Part shown: piece by piece, positions 1 through 8,789 of the stretch | How the letters are laid out: every line of letters starts with the position of its first letter | Position numbering within the stretch: position 1 is the stretch's first letter | From: Chitinophagaceae bacterium | GTDB lineage: Bacteria > Bacteroidota > Bacteroidia > Chitinophagales > Chitinophagaceae | Length of the DNA: 64,000 nt | Assembly (NCBI GenBank): GCA_014379965.1 | Contig: JACMKU010000062.1 | Span: 19,878 to 83,877 of the forward strand | Direction: 5' to 3' | The notes under the pieces: generated by a model | What the model was told of the DNA's origin: nothing | The model's input: only the letters and a program-made list of their open reading frames with translations | Databases searched by the model: none | Translations under genes and position numbers: made by a program

Positions 1-15
1 GACTTGACTATTGCC

Positions 16-1113
16 TCATAAGGTCTTTGCAAGCAACTGCCTGATGATCATTTTCCAATTGTAGTCATAATAAAAGGATGCAGGAACCGGCTTGGAGACA
101 GATGACGCTAAAAAAATATTTTCAACAAAATGATCCCAGTCTTCGTCTCTGGATACGAAGACTTTTTCATTAATAAGATATTCAGGCAATCCTGAGGACG
201 AAAACGCGGAAGTCACGACGTTACAACCCATTGCTACCGCTTCAATATTCTTTGTCTGTGTCCCGGATCCATGAATTACTGGATTGATGAATACGTCGGC
301 CGCCTGGATGAGATCTTCGAATGATGAGACGAAACCGGTTGGAATGATATTCGGACACTTCGTCAATTGTTGGGTTTGTGTTTTCGAAAGGTCGCCAGTG
401 ATCAATAGTTTATACCGAAAGGATTTTTTCTCCAATAGGGGCACGATGTTTTTCGTGATAGTTTCTATCGCATTTGAGTTAGGCTCATAGTCTGGCGAGG
501 AGGCAAACACTAGCATTCGCTCTTCCCTGATACCGAATTCATCTTTTATCCGCCGCCGTTGCTCCGCCGACATCTGCGGTTGGCGTTCTGCGTCTATTCC
601 AAAAGGTATTACAAGGCATCTTGACGGCGGAATCGAGAATAATTTTAATGCCGTCAACTTATCTTCTTCTGTTTTGAAAAGGATATGATCTGCGAAGCTG
701 AATGCCTGCTCCTCGATAGAGCGAACGAATTTCCACCACGGTTTTTTCCTTGCTTTCATCCTGAGATGTTCGATATTGTGCGCATGCACGATGAATCGGA
801 ATTTTTCTTTTTGCTTGTATGCTCCCAACCATCCATGGTAGGGATGCTCGATGATGATATGTGTGAAGGAGCCGCTTCTTATTGTCGAGAGGATTCTCCG
901 CCTGACCAGCGGATTCCAGAATTGCAGCTTCGATGTGGGTAACGTATTCAGTAGCGAGTAGGGAAGAAGCTGATTTATCTCGTTATTGCTGGAACAAAGG
1001 CAGGTTAGTGATACTTTTTCAGCCAGGTTTTCGTTGAAATGAGCGATGCCTTTTTGGCCACCGTATCGAGGGGGTAATATGCGGTACCAGACGATACTAA
1101 GGAAATTGCTCAT
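16..1113 (-). CDS. Glycosyltransferase family 1 (GT4-like)
   Basis: 365-aa ORF. The C-terminal half carries the typical GT1 nucleotide-sugar binding region (VFINPVIHGSGTQTKNIEAVAMGCNVVTS) and the overall GT-B layout. Confidence 0.75.
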   Translation of the reverse strand: MSNFLSIVWYRILPPRYGGQKGIAHFNENLAEKVSLTCLCSSNNEINQLLPYSLLNTLPTSKLQFWNPLVRRRILSTIRSGSFTHIIIEHPYHGWLGAYKQKEKFRFIVHAHNIEHLRMKARKKPWWKFVRSIEEQAFSFADHILFKTEEDKLTALKLFSIPPSRCLVIPFGIDAERQPQMSAEQRRRIKDEFGIREERMLVFASSPDYEPNSNAIETITKNIVPLLEKKSFRYKLLITGDLSKTQTQQLTKCPNIIPTGFVSSFEDLIQAADVFINPVIHGSGTQTKNIEAVAMGCNVVTSAFSSSGLPEYLINEKVFVSRDEDWDHFVENIFLASSVSKPVPASFYYDYNWKMIIRQLLAKTL

Positions 1114-1151
1114 TGCACTAATATTACAAATAGTTAATAAATTTATGCCTT

Positions 1152-1457
1152 ATGCGTTGGCTTTTATTTTTATCCAGGGTGGCTTTCATTTGTGGTTTTT
1201 TCTTTCTCATCTGCATGTCCCCGCTGATCAATAAGCTAGGCGATCAGGCCCTTGCTTCTACAGTGATCATTATCGGCTACGTGCTGGGATTGATAATCGT
1301 ACCCCTCACTATTCTTTGTTATCTTGGAGTTACGTTGCTCCGTAGAAGGATCACCGAGATCGTGCCTGGTTGGCTGGTGGTGTCCAATTTGATCTTCCTG
1401 CTCCTATTAATCGTCTGTATTTTCTATTTCAATGATCCATACTATCATCAAAAATAA
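1152..1457 (+). CDS. Small hypothetical integral membrane protein
   Basis: 101-aa ORF with about 3 hydrophobic helices. No recognisable family. It overlaps the next gene's start by 26 nt, so coding status is uncertain. Confidence 0.35.
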   Translation: MRWLLFLSRVAFICGFFFLICMSPLINKLGDQALASTVIIIGYVLGLIIVPLTILCYLGVTLLRRRITEIVPGWLVVSNLIFLLLLIVCIFYFNDPYYHQK

Positions 1458-2229
1458 ACCCACGCGTTTATTTCTCATACTCGCAGGCTTCTTCATTGCC
1501 AACGCCCTCATTGCTGAAATTATAGGCGTGAAGATATTCTCGTTGGAGAAAACGCTTGGGATTGAGCCATTGAAGATTAATTTGATGGGAAATGAGCTAT
1601 CCTTCAACCTGACTGCAGGCGTACTTCTATGGCCGGTAGTCTTCATCATGACTGATATCATAAACGAGTACTACGGAATGAGGGGAGTAAAATTCCTTTC
1701 GTGGTTAACGGCGGGATTGATCGCGTTCGCATTCATCGTCTTTGTCGGCGCAATGAAGCTCGCACCTGCAGATTTCTTCATTTCAAGCAAGCAGGGTAGT
1801 GGGGTTCCTGATATGAGCAAGGCTTACAACAGTGTGCTGGGGCAGGGGGGATTCATCATCATTGCTTCCCTGACGGCTTTCATTTTAAGCCAATTGATAG
1901 ATGTGTTCATTTTTCACAAGATCAAGAAGGCAACCGGCGAGAAGAATATCTGGCTGAGAGCGACCGGTTCGACGCTGATTTCGCAGTTCATAGATAGCTT
2001 CGTCGTACTCTTCATCGCTTTTTACATAGGTACAAGGGTAAATCGTTCAGGCGATGATTTCGTATGGCCTTTTAATCTTTTCATTGCCGTCGGCATCGTC
2101 AATTATATCTATAAGTTCACAGTGGCAATAGTTCTTACTCCGGTCATCTACCTGGTCCATAACCGAATTGAAAAATATTTAGGGAAGGAACTTGCGGCGG
2201 AGATGAAGGCTGCCGCGATGAAGGATTAG
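1432..2229 (+). CDS. yhhQ: Queuosine precursor transporter (YhhQ/Vut, DUF165 family)
   Basis: 265-aa polytopic membrane protein with the family motif LLWPVVFIMTDIINEYYG and a conserved SQ..D segment (LISQFIDSFVVLFIAF). Confidence 0.8.
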   Translation: MIHTIIKNKPTRLFLILAGFFIANALIAEIIGVKIFSLEKTLGIEPLKINLMGNELSFNLTAGVLLWPVVFIMTDIINEYYGMRGVKFLSWLTAGLIAFAFIVFVGAMKLAPADFFISSKQGSGVPDMSKAYNSVLGQGGFIIIASLTAFILSQLIDVFIFHKIKKATGEKNIWLRATGSTLISQFIDSFVVLFIAFYIGTRVNRSGDDFVWPFNLFIAVGIVNYIYKFTVAIVLTPVIYLVHNRIEKYLGKELAAEMKAAAMKD

Positions 2230-2233
2230 ATTT

Positions 2234-2402
2234 AGGAATCGGGAATTGCTTTTTGGGAATCGGGAATTTGGAATCAGGAATCGGGTCTTCAAACCGAGAT
2301 CTATTTTCAGAATTCGGAGACTCCCGTCCCGATTCCCGATTCCCGATTCCCAATTCCCGATTCCCGATTCCCAATTCCCAATTCCCGATTCCCGATTCCT
2401 GA
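2234..2402. repeat. Heptamer-periodic inverted repeat (GGGAATC / GATTCCC units) between convergent genes
   Basis: The left arm 2234-2286 holds GGAATCGGGAAT-type units. The right arm 2321-2402 holds about 11 tandem GATTCCC/AATTCCC 7-mers that are the reverse complement. This predicts a long imperfect hairpin between the yhhQ stop and the Nudix stop. Confidence 0.85.
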
Positions 2403-2411
2403 AATTTTAGG

Positions 2412-2873
2412 TTAACACGCTTTTACCAAATCAGCCACTAACTTATCGATGGGCAGGGTCACACTTTCCCCCGAGAATTTGTCCCAGTCGATAAATCGGA
2501 AGGTCTCTATCTCATTTGTCTTCTCGTAGATGGCCAGTTGTTCGGCATCAAAGTCGAATAGTTTGTCTCGCAAAGGAGCAGTGATTGGCTCCAAGGCCCG
2601 CGCATAATAGTAGATGGAAATTATCTGGTGTTCGGGGTTGAATGCCGACATCTGGAAATAATCCGTGGTATAAATATGTTCGCCGACTTCTACCTTCAGT
2701 GACATCTCTTCCATGAACTCTCGCTTAAGGCAATCTCTCGTTCCTTCCCCAAATTCGAGTCCACCGCCCGGAAATTTTGTGTAGTAGCCACCACGGATAA
2801 ATTCATCACTTACAAGTACCTGTCTCTTCTCATTAATAAGGATGCCATAAACTCTGAGGTTGAATTTGTTCAT
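2412..2873 (-). CDS. NUDIX hydrolase
   Basis: Nudix box GGGLEFGEGTRDCLKREFMEEMSL. I moved the start to the ATG at 2873 (MNKFNLRVYG), because the longer ORF start at 2891 lies inside the CGCAAAG repeat arm. Confidence 0.8.
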   Translation of the reverse strand: MNKFNLRVYGILINEKRQVLVSDEFIRGGYYTKFPGGGLEFGEGTRDCLKREFMEEMSLKVEVGEHIYTTDYFQMSAFNPEHQIISIYYYARALEPITAPLRDKLFDFDAEQLAIYEKTNEIETFRFIDWDKFSGESVTLPIDKLVADLVKAC

Positions 2874-2879
2874 AATATA

Positions 2880-3031
2880 GGTTTCACGCAAAGGCGCGAA
2901 GTTTCACGCAAAGACGCAAAGTTAACGCAAAGGCGCAAAGAGTTTCGAATCGTCGCAATCTCTTACGATAGTAAGAGCCATTGCATAGAATTTTGCGCCT
3001 TTGCGTAATCTTTGCGTCTTTGCGTGAAACC
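2880..3031. repeat. Inverted repeat of the GGTTTCACGCAAAGACGCAAAG family
   Basis: Left arm 2880-2940 (CGCAAAG-type 7-mers) and right arm 2993-3031 (CTTTGCG units ending GTGAAACC). The same family recurs at 62358-62590. Confidence 0.85.
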
Positions 3032-3042
3032 TATGCGGGGAG

Positions 3043-3990
3043 TTAGAATATTTTCTTTCGTAAGAATAACCACCCAATCACAAGTGAGATAATCAGCGAC
3101 AGGAACACCACGATATAAAATGCATAACTCGAGTGTTCAAAGCCACTCGGCACATTCATTCCAAAGATGCTCGATATCAATACAGGGAAAGTAAGTACGA
3201 TCGTAATCACTGCGAGTCGTTTTAATACCTGGTTCTGGTTGTTGGCAATGATACTTGCAAAGGCATCGAGGGTACTACTAAGGATGTTTGTATAAATGTT
3301 GGCCATTTCGAGGGCCTGGGCGTTGTCGACGATAAGGTCATTGAGAATCTCTTTCTCATCTTCATTCAGCGCAAGAAAGTTTGTACGGTCCAGTTTCATC
3401 ATCAGCATTTCGTTTGACCGTAGTGCCGTGACGAAGTATACCAGGCTCTTCTGGATACGCATTAGTTGAAGGAGGTGCTCGTTCCTGCTTGCATCATATA
3501 GTTTCTGTTCGAAGACGTTTCTACGCTGGTTGATCTCCTTTAGGTATTCCATGAAATTCTGCACAATCTTTTCGAAGATTTTCAACACCATCATGTTCTT
3601 CTTGTCGGGGTGACGGTTCTGAAAAGTGTTCAGGAATTTCTTGATGGCCGGATTCTCGAAGGAGTTGACCGTAAGGATCTGGTTGTGGGTGAGAATGATA
3701 CAAATCGGAATAGTGATATAGTATGCATCGCTATCATTGAAAGAATTGTTTTCGGTTGGTGTCTTGATCACGATCAGGCGTACATTGTCCTCCTCCTCGA
3801 AGCGGCTGCGCTCATCGATGTCGAGAGAGTCGGTAAGAAAATCAATTGGGATTTCCAACTCCCGCGACAGCTCAGAGAATTCCTCCTGCTTCAAAGGCGG
3901 GAGGACGTTTACCCAGGTACCATTCTCAGGCTTGTCGATTGCGACCGTCTTGTGGTCGATATTTTTGAAATACTGGATCATTGGGGCCAA
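3043..3990 (-). CDS. corA: CorA family magnesium/cobalt transporter
   Basis: 315 aa with a cytoplasmic N-domain and two C-terminal TM helices. The signature GMN motif is present (SIFGMNVP). Confidence 0.85.
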   Translation of the reverse strand: MAPMIQYFKNIDHKTVAIDKPENGTWVNVLPPLKQEEFSELSRELEIPIDFLTDSLDIDERSRFEEEDNVRLIVIKTPTENNSFNDSDAYYITIPICIILTHNQILTVNSFENPAIKKFLNTFQNRHPDKKNMMVLKIFEKIVQNFMEYLKEINQRRNVFEQKLYDASRNEHLLQLMRIQKSLVYFVTALRSNEMLMMKLDRTNFLALNEDEKEILNDLIVDNAQALEMANIYTNILSSTLDAFASIIANNQNQVLKRLAVITIVLTFPVLISSIFGMNVPSGFEHSSYAFYIVVFLSLIISLVIGWLFLRKKIF

Positions 3991-4024
3991 AGGTAGGAGA
4001 TTAGGCGAGAGTCTGTATTCTTTA

Positions 4025-4286
4025 GGCGGGAGGCTGGAGGTCGGAGGCGGGAGGTGAGGGCGATAGTCTATAGCTTGGAGACAGGGTCGCTCAAAACGTT
4101 AAAATAATTTTGAGAATAATAAACGGAGTAGATCTTTTATTAAATGAGACACTCGATAGTCTCGACTCTTGGTATCCAACTAAAGACTGACGCCTCCTGC
4201 CTCCCGCTCCCGTCTCCCGTCTCCCGTCTCCCGCTTCCCGTCTCCCGCCTCCCGTCTCCCGTCTCCCGCCTCCCGTCTCCCGTCTC
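4025..4286. repeat. Heptamer-periodic inverted repeat (GGGAGGC/GGGAGAC units)
   Basis: Short left arm 4025-4062 (GGCGGGAGGCTGGAGGTCGGAGGCGGGAGG). Long right arm 4191-4286 with about 13 tandem CGTCTCC/CGCCTCC 7-mers. It lies between the corA start and the dapF stop. Confidence 0.85.
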
Positions 4287-4291
4287 AACTC

Positions 4292-5077
4292 TCATTTCAC
4301 TTCGACCTTTCCCTCAAATATCTTCTCCGCCGGTCCACTTAGCCAGATGTTGACATACCTGTCGTCATCGCGGCGGTTGAACTCGACGGATAGGCTGCCG
4401 CCAAGGGTCTTTACTTCGACCTCGTTGAATCCATTTTCGTTGTGGTAGCAAACAAGTGCGGCAGCCGTCACTCCTGTACCGCAGGAGTAAGTCTCGTCCT
4501 CCACACCGCGTTCATATGTGCGCACGATGATTTCATCTTCCCCCGCCTGCTCAACGAAATTGACATTTATTCCCTCTTCCTCGAAATCCTTGCTGTACCG
4601 GATATCACGGCCCTTCTTATAGACGTCTTCGTTCATTACGTCGGTAACTAGTTTAACATAGTGGGGCGAGCCTGTGTTGAGAATGAAGTCGCCATGTTTC
4701 TTCCTGACCTTCTCTACATCGATCATCTTGAGGGAGACTGTCCCGTCGGTATCGATTTCGGCTTCGTGTTCGCCATCGAAGGCAAGAAACTTATAGTCGA
4801 CCTTATGAATGCCTAGATGGTAAGCGAATTTGGTGATACATCGACCACCGTTACCGCACATGCTTCCTTCGCGTCCATCGGCATTGAAGTATTTCATCTC
4901 GAAATCGTATCCCTCTTTTTGATTGAGTAGCATGAGGCCATCGGCGCCGATGCCGAAGCGTCGATCACATAGCCTGCGAATCTGGTCGCTGGTAAGGCTG
5001 GAGTATTCATGCTTCCTGTTGTCGAGAACTACGAAGTCGTTGCCGGTGCCTTGGTATTTGTGGAATTGTACGACCAT
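4292..5077 (-). CDS. dapF: Diaminopimelate epimerase
   Basis: 261 aa. N-terminal KYQGTGNDFVVLDN and both catalytic Cys motifs (SMCGNGGRC and YSCGTGVTAAA). Confidence 0.92.
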   Translation of the reverse strand: MVVQFHKYQGTGNDFVVLDNRKHEYSSLTSDQIRRLCDRRFGIGADGLMLLNQKEGYDFEMKYFNADGREGSMCGNGGRCITKFAYHLGIHKVDYKFLAFDGEHEAEIDTDGTVSLKMIDVEKVRKKHGDFILNTGSPHYVKLVTDVMNEDVYKKGRDIRYSKDFEEEGINVNFVEQAGEDEIIVRTYERGVEDETYSCGTGVTAAALVCYHNENGFNEVEVKTLGGSLSVEFNRRDDDRYVNIWLSGPAEKIFEGKVEVK

Positions 5078-5083
5078 TCTGAT

Positions 5084-5114
5084 GCAAGTGGGAAGTGGCT
5101 AGTGGCGAGTGGGG
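5084..5114. repeat. GGC(A/T)AGTGG-type heptamer repeat arm (left end of the four-helix-bundle cassette)
   Basis: GCAAGTGGGAAGTGGCTAGTGGCGAGTGGGG is the reverse complement of the array at 5744-5775. It overlaps the last codons (NPTRH stop) of the four-helix-bundle gene. Confidence 0.75.
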
Positions 5115-5472
5115 TTTAGCTCAAGATTTGCGATCATTTTGCTAAGCATCCTGAAGGTTGACTCCAAGCGTTGCTCCAAATCTGCCATTCGTCCTTTTTG
5201 ATAATAGTTTAAAATAATTGCTAGTTCAAATTGAGTATTAAGTTCGACGAGCGAACTTCGAGAAATTTCATAAAACCGTTTCTTTTCCTGTCTTGAGATT
5301 CTCGCGGCTCCTTCAGCAATATTACTACAAACAGAAATAGCAGCTCTACGCATTTGTGAAACCAAACCATATTGTTCCGATTTTGGAAAGTTGCCCGTAG
5401 CTATGTAAACTTCCTTGACCAACTTCGTTGAAATTAAATAACATCCAGAGTTTTATGAGATAGAGCTAACAT
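5099..5472 (-). pseudogene. Four-helix-bundle protein (23S rRNA intervening-sequence protein / Avd-like family), apparent 1-nt frameshift near the 5' end
   Basis: Frame B (5440 down to 5099) reads YLISTKLVKEVYIATGNFPKSEQYGLVSQMRRAAISVCSNIAEGAAR..., which is the family core. The expected first helix (ATG at 5472: MLALSHKTLDV) is in another frame and hits TAA at 5436-5434. Re-reading one T at 5440 restores a full-length protein of about 124 aa. Confidence 0.55.
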
Positions 5473-5491
5473 TTTAACGCCCTCCTTTATA

Positions 5492-5695
5492 CAAGGCTAG
5501 TGATAAATGGCAAGTGGCGAGTGGGGTTTAGTTCAAAACTATTGGACATTTCCCTCTTAACTCGCCGTGACAAATACTTCACTTGCAAATATGCAAGGCT
5601 AGTGGTAAATGGCAAGTGGCGAGTGGGGTTTAGTTCAAAACTATTGGACATTTCCCTCCTAATTCGCCGAACAAATACACTGATCAACCATCTAA
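5492..5695. repeat. Two tandem ~102-bp repeats carrying remnants of a four-helix-bundle gene 3' end
   Basis: Copy 1 starts about 5492 and copy 2 about 5594 (period 102). Each contains GGCAAGTGGCGAGTGGGGTTTAGTTCAAAACTATTGGACATTTCCCTC. On the minus strand this translates as ...EMSNSFELNPTRHLPF, matching the C-terminus (NLELNPTRH) of the adjacent gene. Confidence 0.8.
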
Positions 5696-5743
5696 ATTGC
5701 AACGTCAAAAACATTAGTCACTATCTAACTAGATGAATCTTCA

Positions 5744-5775
5744 CCCCACTAGCCACTAGCCACTAGCTACTAGCC
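5744..5775. repeat. CACTAGC heptamer array (right end of the cassette)
   Basis: CCCCACTAGCCACTAGCCACTAGCTACTAGCC is the reverse complement of the 5084-5114 arm. It overlaps the stop and last 4 codons of the phosphorylase gene. Confidence 0.8.
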
Positions 5776-6647
5776 ATCCCAGAAAAAATCTCCAAAAACC
5801 GCACTATCAACCTCTCCACCGCTGCCTTCCCATCCTTCGAAAATTCTTTCTTTACCCTGTTGGCTACGATTGCGTTTACGGCAAGACAATTATGTCCAAG
5901 AAGTTTGCCGAGACCGTAAATCGCCGACGTTTCCATTTCAAAATTAGTGATACGGTGTTGGCCGAAGCGAAAATCTGTTAGGCGGTTAATAAGATCAGGG
6001 TTGCGAATGCCAAGTCGTAGGATTCTTCCCTGGGGACCATAGAAACCCGGACAGGTAACGGTGATGCCCTGGTGGAAATCTTTCACGAAATGCTTGATCA
6101 ATGAGCTGGCCGCCCCGGAGATGTATGGCTGACTCATCTGGCCATGCATCTGGGTATGGGTGATGAAGGACTGTAGTAGTTCCCGGTCGCCATCATTATG
6201 CTCATGCCGATAGAAGTTTAAAAGGTTATCGATCCCTAAGCCGTGCGTCGAGGCCACGAAGCTATCGACCGGCACATCGGCCTGGAGTGAACCTGAAGTA
6301 CCCACACGAATGATGTTGAGGGCCGTAAGCTTGGGTTTAATCTGACGGGACTCGAAGTCGATATTGGCAAGTGCATCGAGTTCGTTCATCACGATGTCGA
6401 TATTGTCTGGACCGATGCCGGAGGAGAGGACGGTCAGCCGTTTCTTACCGACGTAGCCGGTATGCGTCACGAATTCACGGTGTTGTTTCTTTACTTCAAT
6501 CGAGTCGAAGTGCTTGCTGAACTCTTTCACGCGGTCCGGGTCGCCGACTGTAACGACGGTACCTGCGATCTCTTCGGGGCGGAGGTCGAGGTGATAAATG
6601 GCACCCCTTGGGGTGATGATGAGTTCAGATTCTGCAATACGGCTCAT
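5763..6647 (-). CDS. Nucleoside phosphorylase (PNP/UDP phosphorylase family 1)
   Basis: 294 aa with RVGTSGSL and NFEMETSAIYGL motifs typical of the purine/uridine phosphorylase superfamily. The final residues (MASS) are encoded by the heptamer array. Confidence 0.75.
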   Translation of the reverse strand: MSRIAESELIITPRGAIYHLDLRPEEIAGTVVTVGDPDRVKEFSKHFDSIEVKKQHREFVTHTGYVGKKRLTVLSSGIGPDNIDIVMNELDALANIDFESRQIKPKLTALNIIRVGTSGSLQADVPVDSFVASTHGLGIDNLLNFYRHEHNDGDRELLQSFITHTQMHGQMSQPYISGAASSLIKHFVKDFHQGITVTCPGFYGPQGRILRLGIRNPDLINRLTDFRFGQHRITNFEMETSAIYGLGKLLGHNCLAVNAIVANRVKKEFSKDGKAAVERLIVRFLEIFSGMASS

Positions 6648-6669
6648 GGTATTTTGTTTAGAGAAAAAT

Positions 6670-6807
6670 CAATAGTCAATCGGCAATGAGCAATCGGCAA
6701 TGAGCAATAGGCAATAAGCATTGAGTTTGTTTTACGAACTCCGCCTCCCGCCTCCCGCCTCCCGCCTCCCGCCTCCAGTCTCCTGCCTCCTGCCACTCGC
6801 CTCTGCC
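6670..6807. repeat. Two adjacent heptamer arrays (CAATNGG/CAATGAG, then CCTCCCG)
   Basis: 6670-6726 reads CAATAGTCAATCGGCAATGAGCAATCGGCAATGAGCAATAGGCAATAAGCATTGAG. 6739-6807 reads CTCCGCCTCCCGCCTCCCGCCTCCCGCCTCCCGCCTCCAGTCTCCTGCCTCCTGCC. No local inverted partner was seen. Confidence 0.8.
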
Positions 6808-6976
6808 CTTATCGCCCCATTATCAATCGTTTCTACTATTTGTACGAAATTAGTTATTTTCGCAGCGGTTTTAAAAAACCGGGATGTTAAGAGTTGAAAT
6901 GTATTGGTACAATGTAAAACGACCCCCCCCTTTTACATTTTTCATTCTACATTTTCTATTTTACATTCTCGCAAAG

Positions 6977-7047
6977 GGTCCTGTGGCCGAGTGGCTAGGC
7001 TGAGCTCTGCAAAAGCTCCTACAGCGGTTCGAATCCGCTCGGGACCT
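6977..7047 (+). tRNA. tRNA-Cys (anticodon GCA)
   Basis: Hand-folded cloverleaf. The 7-bp acceptor stem pairs 6977-6983 with 7040-7046 (one G-U). The anticodon stem is GAGCT/AGCTC with loop CTGCAAA (GCA). The T arm is AGCGG-TTCGAAT-CCGCT. The discriminator is U (7047), the known tRNA-Cys identity element. CCA is not encoded. Confidence 0.9.
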
Positions 7048-7050
7048 CAG

Positions 7051-7088
7051 GGGAAGTAGTTAGAAATAATAACTACTTCCCTTTTTTT
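7051..7088 (+). terminator. Rho-independent terminator after tRNA-Cys
   Basis: Perfect 12-bp stem GGGAAGTAGTTA (7051-7062) / TAACTACTTCCC (7070-7081), 7-nt loop, followed by TTTTTTT (7082-7088). Confidence 0.8.
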
Positions 7089-7191
7089 ATAGAAACACTG
7101 CTCGGTTCGATTCTACTATTGGCACGTGGTCGCAGTCGAACTTATTATAATTTTAAGGTGCCATGCACGAGAAGATCCCTCTCAAAGCAGT

Positions 7192-7581
7192 ATGAAAAAA
7201 GATATAGAAAATAGGGATGACATAAAATTGCTGATAAACAGCTTCTATGATAAGGTAAAAGCTGACCCGCTGATCGGTTTTATTTTTACAGACGTTGCAA
7301 AAGTCAACTGGGAACGACATTTACCTAGGATGTATGATTTCTGGGAGAACACATTATTATACACGGGAGGTTACACTGGTAACCCCATGGAGGTGCATAG
7401 GCGGCTAAACCACGCAATCCCATTAACTACTGAGCATTTTAAACAATGGATTCATTTATTTACTTCTACTATAGACGAATTGTTTACCGGCGATAAGGCG
7501 GAATTAGCAAAACAAAGAGCCATGAGCATTTCTACTCTTATGCAGATAAAAATATCGAAAGAGTTAGGAAATGTACTCTAA
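7192..7581 (+). CDS. Group III truncated hemoglobin-like protein
   Basis: 129 aa from the ATG at 7192 (MKKDIENRDD). INSFYDKVKADPLIGFIF and HLPRMYDFWENTLLYTGGYTGNPMEVHRRL resemble the YjbI/Ctb-like globin family. The longer ORF start at 7126 adds a non-conserved leader. Confidence 0.65.
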   Translation: MKKDIENRDDIKLLINSFYDKVKADPLIGFIFTDVAKVNWERHLPRMYDFWENTLLYTGGYTGNPMEVHRRLNHAIPLTTEHFKQWIHLFTSTIDELFTGDKAELAKQRAMSISTLMQIKISKELGNVL

Positions 7582-7673
7582 TCGGAGGTCGATCATGGTC
7601 TTTGTGAAGAGGACATTGCATAACAAGGAGCCAGAGATCGTGTATCCGTGACGGGCCGCTTATCATAGTCCGG

Positions 7674-8429
7674 CTATCCCGAAAGTAATTTTGCTTGCAA
7701 ATACCTCGCATTCTCAAACGCGCTCCCCACAGTATTATTAAAATATACATACACATCCTTTCCGGAGGCTAGCATTTCATGAATATCTCCCGCTTTCTCA
7801 TCGAGCACCACGCCACTATACGAATCCCGGTAATTACCAGTTGGGCCATGGAAACGCATGTACACAAAATTGGCCTTCGGCATAACAGCGGAGATCTTCG
7901 CTTTAGAAAAATCGTGCAGGACCAGTGAAGCGCCAAATTCATTCAGCAGCTCACTTGTTTCACCGATATACCAGGTATCGCTTCTAAACTCCACTGCCTT
8001 TCGCCATTCATTAGCCGGGTCGAGGAGTCGAAGCTGGGTCAGTATATGTTCCACCTGGTTGAAATGCTCCAGCGTAATTTTTCCGGGAAATTGAATCAGG
8101 AGGCACCCCTTCTTATTCCCGGTTCCCGTGGCTGCCTGTAGGAAAGTTTCCATGCAGTCAAGATCAAACTTGAGTTCTTTGGCGTGGGTAACTCCTTTGC
8201 TAAGTTTCAATGTAAACTGGAAATCTTCCGGGACATCAGTCAGCCATTTTTCATAGGTTGAACGGAGGGGGGTCTTATAGAAACAGCTGTTGACTTCAAT
8301 TGTGTCAAAGAAAGTGCTGTAATAATGAAGCCGGCTTCTTAACTGGTATTCGGCTGGGAATGTTAATTTATTGCCCGGCATATATCCGTTGCTCGTTCCA
8401 ATTCTAACTTTACCTTTCAATGGTCTCAT
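7674..8429 (-). CDS. DUF72 (UPF0759, YecE-like) family protein
   Basis: 251 aa with family-typical segments FYKTPLRSTYEKW, YMRFHGP and VYVYFNNT. Confidence 0.8.
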   Translation of the reverse strand: MRPLKGKVRIGTSNGYMPGNKLTFPAEYQLRSRLHYYSTFFDTIEVNSCFYKTPLRSTYEKWLTDVPEDFQFTLKLSKGVTHAKELKFDLDCMETFLQAATGTGNKKGCLLIQFPGKITLEHFNQVEHILTQLRLLDPANEWRKAVEFRSDTWYIGETSELLNEFGASLVLHDFSKAKISAVMPKANFVYMRFHGPTGNYRDSYSGVVLDEKAGDIHEMLASGKDVYVYFNNTVGSAFENARYLQAKLLSG

Positions 8430-8789
8430 ACTTTATTTCCTCACCTGCCTGGGCAAGATGTTCCACACATGAATACCTGGTTTCGTCATATAGTCAGACG
8501 AACACTTAATGCGGAGCTAATGCTTTCTTTTAAGCTATCGCAATAAGTCTGCTACTTCACTAACACTCAAACAAACAGCCAAAAATTAACGGGGAAAGTT
8601 GTCGAACGAAGGGAGCTGAGCCGGTCACATGGTAGAAGTTGATATGAGTTCTTACTGTGGTTCAGTAGGACCACGGGAATCCAATAATGTCTTGAAGTAA
8701 AAAAGCGAGGACTACTATACTTCCGTAAAAATCCTCTAATTTAATAAGCACAAAGTATGTTGTTTGGCTAAGACGTTCGGTCGCCTTTT

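Noticed and set aside
1114-1431. preQ1-type riboswitch upstream of the queuosine-precursor transporter
   Set aside because: The upstream space is short and occupied by a small membrane ORF. I could not recognise the compact preQ1 hairpin/pseudoknot consensus by eye.
2144-2374. 76-aa minus-strand ORF (MGIGNRELGIGNRESG...)
   Set aside because: It is the translation of the GATTCCC heptamer array and overlaps the yhhQ 3' end. Its low-complexity periodic peptide is a repeat artefact, not a gene.
4091-4353. ORFs 4091-4288 (-) and 4144-4353 (+) with RRETGGG / PSPVSRL periodic peptides
   Set aside because: Both are read straight through the CGTCTCC heptamer array in opposite directions. One also overlaps the dapF 3' end. 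Neither has a coding signature beyond the repeat.
5099-5472. Diversity-generating retroelement, because the four-helix-bundle gene is Avd-like
   Set aside because: No reverse transcriptase gene and no template/variable repeat pair with adenine-specific differences appears anywhere in the window.
5487-5736. ORFs 5487-5714 (-) and 5500-5736 (+)
   Set aside because: They span the two 102-bp tandem repeats. The minus-strand one just concatenates two fossil C-termini (SNSFELNPTRHLPF) of the four-helix-bundle family. I treated them as remnants rather than genes.
2234-6807. Possibility that the short-unit arrays are CRISPR arrays
   Set aside because: The units are 7-8 nt with no unique spacers between them. 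The arrays occur as inverted arms, and no cas genes are present. Architecture and unit length are incompatible with CRISPR.
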